DNA of 36,880 nucleotides, from NCBI GenBank assembly GCA_009691355.1, contig SICW01000002.1, forward strand, positions 1 to 36,880, read 5' to 3'. This stretch comes from Candidatus Woesearchaeota archaeon. Lineage in GTDB: Archaea > Nanobdellota > Nanobdellia > SCGC-AAA011-G17 > GW2011-AR17. The notes beneath the pieces are model-generated. The model searched no databases. It was not told where the DNA came from and was given only the letters and a program-made list of their open reading frames with translations. Made by a program: the position numbers and the translations under genes. Below, piece by piece: positions 33,548-36,880 of the stretch. Each line of letters starts with the position of its first letter. Positions within the stretch are counted from its first letter, which is position 1.

Positions 33548-34914
33548 TTAGAATAGAACCGAATCAAGATTATTCTCCCAATTCTCTTTTTCTGTCCTAT
33601 CTGCCATCTCCATTATTGCTGCATAAGGAAGGAGCTTTGCTGATGTAGTCGTGCTAGGATGCGACCAATCTTCAATAGTATTCCAATCTGAAGGTTGAGT
33701 ATTCGCATCATTGTCTGGACTTATACTTGTAAACCCTACATCCTGAATATAACTCTCATCTGGATTTAGCCTTACCCAGATACCTGCACTTGTAAAACCA
33801 TCATATGCTTGGTGAATATGGGGCTTATCTTTTACGGTTTGTACATGGTCATCTACACCAAAGAGCAGTAAGACTTTGAGATTGGGGATATTTGTGCCTA
33901 ACTCCTCATAGTTATTTATTGTTTCTCTGAAAGGCCAGTCACGCTGTGTTTCTTCTTCTGTTGCAAGACTTGCTGGCCAATTGGTATCAGTCAATGCCCC
34001 ATTTTCTTTCAATGCTGCAGTTAACCCCCTAGAATAATAATCTTTGCCAAACATTGTGGGTGTTTTTGTTCCTAAAGCAAAATCTCCACTATCATCTATT
34101 CCATTTCCGTTTATATCAAAATAAGGTTTTCCAAGATCAAAATCATATTGTATTGTTGAAAAATCTAAGGAAATTTCTTTTGAGGAATAATCTTCAGGAT
34201 AAGAATACAAAGGATTGTATACAGGTGTTTTTTCGTTCCAATATCCTAGTTCTAAGGGATATAAAATATCTGAAGTAGGGTTTTCTCTACCTACAAACCA
34301 TTGTACATTTAATTCATCTCCATAAAGTGCAAGCACATTTGTTGCTGCAATGCCTGGATGAGAAAAGGCATACAAGCCAAAATTATCTTTTGCAATTTGG
34401 ATTTCACTGAGATCTTGTATTGTATTTCCATTGATATCTTTCTTGTCTCCAGATGCAAATTTAATAACATCACTTAGTGGGGCGATAGAATTCTCACCAC
34501 CATAGTCATACTCTCCTTCACTCTTTGCACCTGAGGGATCTGACAGGCCTGGCCAAAGATAGGTGACGTGTACAAAACCATGTTTTGTAGCATCTGTGAA
34601 TTCAGTATCAAAGGTTTTCTCACCAGGTGTGAAAAAGGTTGAGATATAAACTACTACAGGTGCACCAGTATCATAGCGTTCTTCTTCTGGAAGTGTTACT
34701 TGTACAGCAATATCTCTCCATTTGAATCTACATAAGTGATAAAACTTTGCCCAGGAGCAGTTTTCTCTGTTGTTTGCTCATTCGTGTCCTTATTCTGTTT
34801 TTCAATTGTACAATCCTTTCCAGAGCAAGAAGAATCAGTAAATACACTACATGAGGAAAGAAGCAGAAGAGCTAAAAGAAGTATCAACCTTTGTTTCATA
34901 GATGATTGTAGCAT
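33548..34914 (-). pseudogene. Frameshifted gene: lipoprotein-type signal peptide ORF (34696-34914) plus an alpha/beta-hydrolase-like body (open frame 33548-34777)
   Basis: The upstream ORF MLQSSMKQRLILLLALLLLSSC... ends at TAA 34696-34698. The downstream frame is open from 34777 but has no ATG until far inside; the track used TTG 34375. The two frames overlap over 34699-34777 and differ by -1. Confidence 0.55.
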
Positions 34915-34920
34915 AGAGAT

Positions 34921-35646
34921 CTATAAATATTTTTCTCTTTTATACTCTTGTAAGGCTCGTTTTGCAAGAAAAGGATCTGTTTTTAGAACTGAATGTATCT
35001 CTGAAAGATGGACATCACTATTGATTATATTTTTGTAGAAACAAATTGCTTCATGTGTTGCTTTCATTTCTCTTACTTTCTCTGCAAATTCTTGCCAGCT
35101 TGTTAGAGGGGTTATTTGTTTCTCCATTTCTTTGCTAACTTTTTCATGTGTATTCCAATCCCTTTGCAGAAAAAAGAGTTGTATTGGTAACTCTGTAAGA
35201 TCCAGGAGTTTTCCTAATGTATCATCAATCATTGCACGAACAAAAAATTTAGCACAAAGATCTTTCTTTGACTTATCACTTGTTCCATATATTCTTGTTA
35301 TTGGAAGTTTATGCTTTTGAATAAACTCTCTACAGGTTTTTACTCCGATAGGCTCACGGTAGGTAATAATGAGGAAATCAAAGCCTTCTTTACCTAACTG
35401 GTCTAAAATTTCTTTACATTGAGGGTCAAGTATGTATTCATCTGTATGCTCTGCCATAACTTTATCCATGAGCTGTTTGTACATCACAGGACCAAGAGGA
35501 TAGGTTGCCTTCATACATGTTTTAGGACCTATGTCCATCTTATGGTAAAGCCTTGCATACTTTATTTTTACAGGCTCGCCTATTGCAATGCAACCATCAA
35601 AGTCTAAGGCTATGGACATTTTTTGTGCAAGATGATTCTTGGGCAT
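34921..35646 (-). CDS. HAD-superfamily phosphatase, NT5C-like
   Basis: IALDFDGCIA (motif I DxDG), LIITYR (motif II), K-rich motif III, MIDD (motif IV). The track start 35664 is a TTG. ATGs lie at 35646 and 35619. Confidence 0.65.
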   Translation of the reverse strand: MPKNHLAQKMSIALDFDGCIAIGEPVKIKYARLYHKMDIGPKTCMKATYPLGPVMYKQLMDKVMAEHTDEYILDPQCKEILDQLGKEGFDFLIITYREPIGVKTCREFIQKHKLPITRIYGTSDKSKKDLCAKFFVRAMIDDTLGKLLDLTELPIQLFFLQRDWNTHEKVSKEMEKQITPLTSWQEFAEKVREMKATHEAICFYKNIINSDVHLSEIHSVLKTDPFLAKRALQEYKREKYL

Positions 35647-35725
35647 AGAATTTTCTAAGGACAAGAAAGATTATAAACTTTTTCAGATTGAGAAAGCTTA
35701 TAAAACCCCCTAAAAAAAAGAGTGT

Positions 35726-36307
35726 ATGAGTTTGCTTTCTCTGCTTTGTGGATCTGCTCTTGCAGCAACCCCCTTAGATCATAACCCCTATGTTACCTAT
35801 GCTTCTGATAGTACTATTCAACATGTTGTTGGGGATGCAAAGAGACCAACGATTGTTTTATACGCACCATCCTGTGAAAAATTTAAAGGAAATAAGGTAA
35901 TAGAACGAAAAATGGATCTTACGTTACGTGCTTTTGGCATATCTGCAACTAGATTTAAAGATGAAATACAACATGGGCAAGTACAATTTGTGTATTTTGA
36001 TTCTGAGTTCTGCCTTACTGATGGGCATGACATGGACTGGCTAGATCGACATAATACCTTGGAACATGGGCTTGAGGGATTCCCCACCTTTGTGCTTTAT
36101 GGTGGGAATATGGATGCACCTCTTTCCTTAAGAGAGATAACCCGACTTGAAAAAGGAGTAGATAAGAGGAAGAACCTTGCAGGATTTATAAACGGCTTGA
36201 GTTTTCTCGTTACTCATGATCTGATTCTACGTGACACCATCTATGAATTCACTGATAATGGTACACTTCAGCCTATAGATCCAAATACGATTAAAGAAAC
36301 TAATTAA
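35726..36307 (+). CDS. Secreted thioredoxin-fold protein with a degenerate active site
   Basis: Signal-like MSLLSLLCGSALAA. PTIVLYAPSCEKFKG occupies the place of WCGPC. GFPTFVLYGG resembles the cis-Pro loop of thioredoxins. Confidence 0.5.
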   Translation: MSLLSLLCGSALAATPLDHNPYVTYASDSTIQHVVGDAKRPTIVLYAPSCEKFKGNKVIERKMDLTLRAFGISATRFKDEIQHGQVQFVYFDSEFCLTDGHDMDWLDRHNTLEHGLEGFPTFVLYGGNMDAPLSLREITRLEKGVDKRKNLAGFINGLSFLVTHDLILRDTIYEFTDNGTLQPIDPNTIKETN

Positions 36308-36728
36308 TAGAAATAAGCTTTATCTTGAAGTTGAGAGCCTCCCCTGCAAGAGGGTGGTTTAAGTCTACAGAAATATCTTCTTCTGTTACCGCTATAATCT
36401 TTGCTTCTGCTTGCACTCCATCAGAACGAACAAGGCCCATGATCATACCTACCTGAGGTTCTCTATCCTTGGGAAGACTGGCTTTTGGAATTTTACGAAT
36501 CAACTGAGGATTTGCTTCTCCATATGCTTCTGCAGCAGGGATGTGGATATCTTTCTCTTCTCCTACCTTCATTCCCAGAACGCCTTTATCAAATCCTTTA
36601 ATAACTTGACCAGAACCAATTGTAAACTCTAAGGGATCACGCCCTTGCGAACTATCAAAGACTGTGCCATCATCTAATGAACCTGTGTAATGTATTTTTA
36701 CCTTCTCTCCTTCTTTCACTGTTTGCAT
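36300..36728 (-). CDS. slyD: FKBP-type peptidyl-prolyl cis-trans isomerase with insert-in-flap domain (SlyD-like, no His tail)
   Basis: KVKIHYTGSLDDGTVFDSS...PLEFTIGSGQVIKGFDKGVLGMKVGE...AYGE...LNHPLAGEALNFKIKL. AAGGAG lies 6 nt upstream of the ATG. Confidence 0.85.
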   Translation of the reverse strand: MQTVKEGEKVKIHYTGSLDDGTVFDSSQGRDPLEFTIGSGQVIKGFDKGVLGMKVGEEKDIHIPAAEAYGEANPQLIRKIPKASLPKDREPQVGMIMGLVRSDGVQAEAKIIAVTEEDISVDLNHPLAGEALNFKIKLISIN

Positions 36729-36870
36729 GTGTACTCCTTCTCGTAATAACCGTCTTTACGAATAGGTTTTGGATTTCTCACTCCTTTATATTATTTTTTA
36801 TTTATTTCCCAAAAAGGATAACGAAACATATATATACTTTTTGTATCTTATATACGAGTGAGGTGATATT

Positions 36871-36880
36871 ATGGTTAAAG
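36871..36880 (+). CDS. Start of a gene that runs off the window
   Basis: ATGGTTAAAG is preceded by GAGGTGAT (Shine-Dalgarno-like) and TATA-like CATATATATAC at about -37. Too short to identify. Confidence 0.25.

Noticed and set aside
34699-34777. Programmed -1 ribosomal frameshift joining the lipoprotein signal ORF to the hydrolase-like frame
   Set aside because: No X_XXY_YYZ slippery heptamer or obvious downstream pseudoknot was found in the overlap. A mutation or sequencing error is the simpler explanation.
1-36880. CRISPR arrays, rRNA genes, transposases/IS elements, integrases, reverse transcriptase/DGR
   Set aside because: No intergenic region exceeds about 230 nt and none shows repeat-spacer periodicity. 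No ORF shows DDE, tyrosine/serine recombinase or YxDD motifs. The giant surface gene is a plausible DGR target, but I saw no RT and no template/variable repeat pair in this window.

Overview
AT-rich (about 25-45% GC on hand-counted 60-nt lines), tightly packed chromosomal segment that is clearly archaeal. It carries Alba, ribosomal protein S17e, tRNA-splicing endonuclease EndA, a Trm11-like methyltransferase and RNase Z. Many 30-45-nt spacers hold a TTTATA-like box about 25-29 nt upstream of the ATG, which suggests leaderless transcripts. Small genes, many nucleotide-salvage enzymes, a giant sequon-rich LamG surface protein and many orphan proteins suggest a DPANN-type (Woese-/Pacearchaeota-like) episymbiont; this lineage call is inference only. 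I support about 45 protein-coding genes, 2 tRNAs (Val-UAC, Met/Ile2-CAU), one frameshifted gene and one 5'-truncated gene fragment. I see no rRNA, CRISPR array, transposase, integrase or reverse transcriptase. Best candidates for something new: (1) a 1689-aa type-I membrane glycoprotein with three LamG domains, about 75 N-X-S/T sequons and a cytoplasmic tail with a duplicated GW motif, plus a nearby secreted SCP2-like putative lipid-binding protein, together a possible host-contact and lipid-scavenging toolkit; (2) a 1.8-kb two-gene islet (nucleotidyltransferase + APH-like kinase) bracketed by tRNA-Val and a 23-nt copy of its 3' end; next to this islet lies an accessory-looking minus-strand cluster of HIT fusion, topoisomerase IB, B12-radical SAM with CX4CX2C, GNAT and an RGG-tailed DEAD helicase; (3) two tandem paralogous orphan proteins next to a CBS/Zn-ribbon protein; (4) a tRNA-Met-adjacent, GC-shifted uridine kinase + orphan pair; (5) a lipoprotein-signal/hydrolase-like gene split by a single frameshift. 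All functional calls come from motif recognition by eye; no database search was possible.
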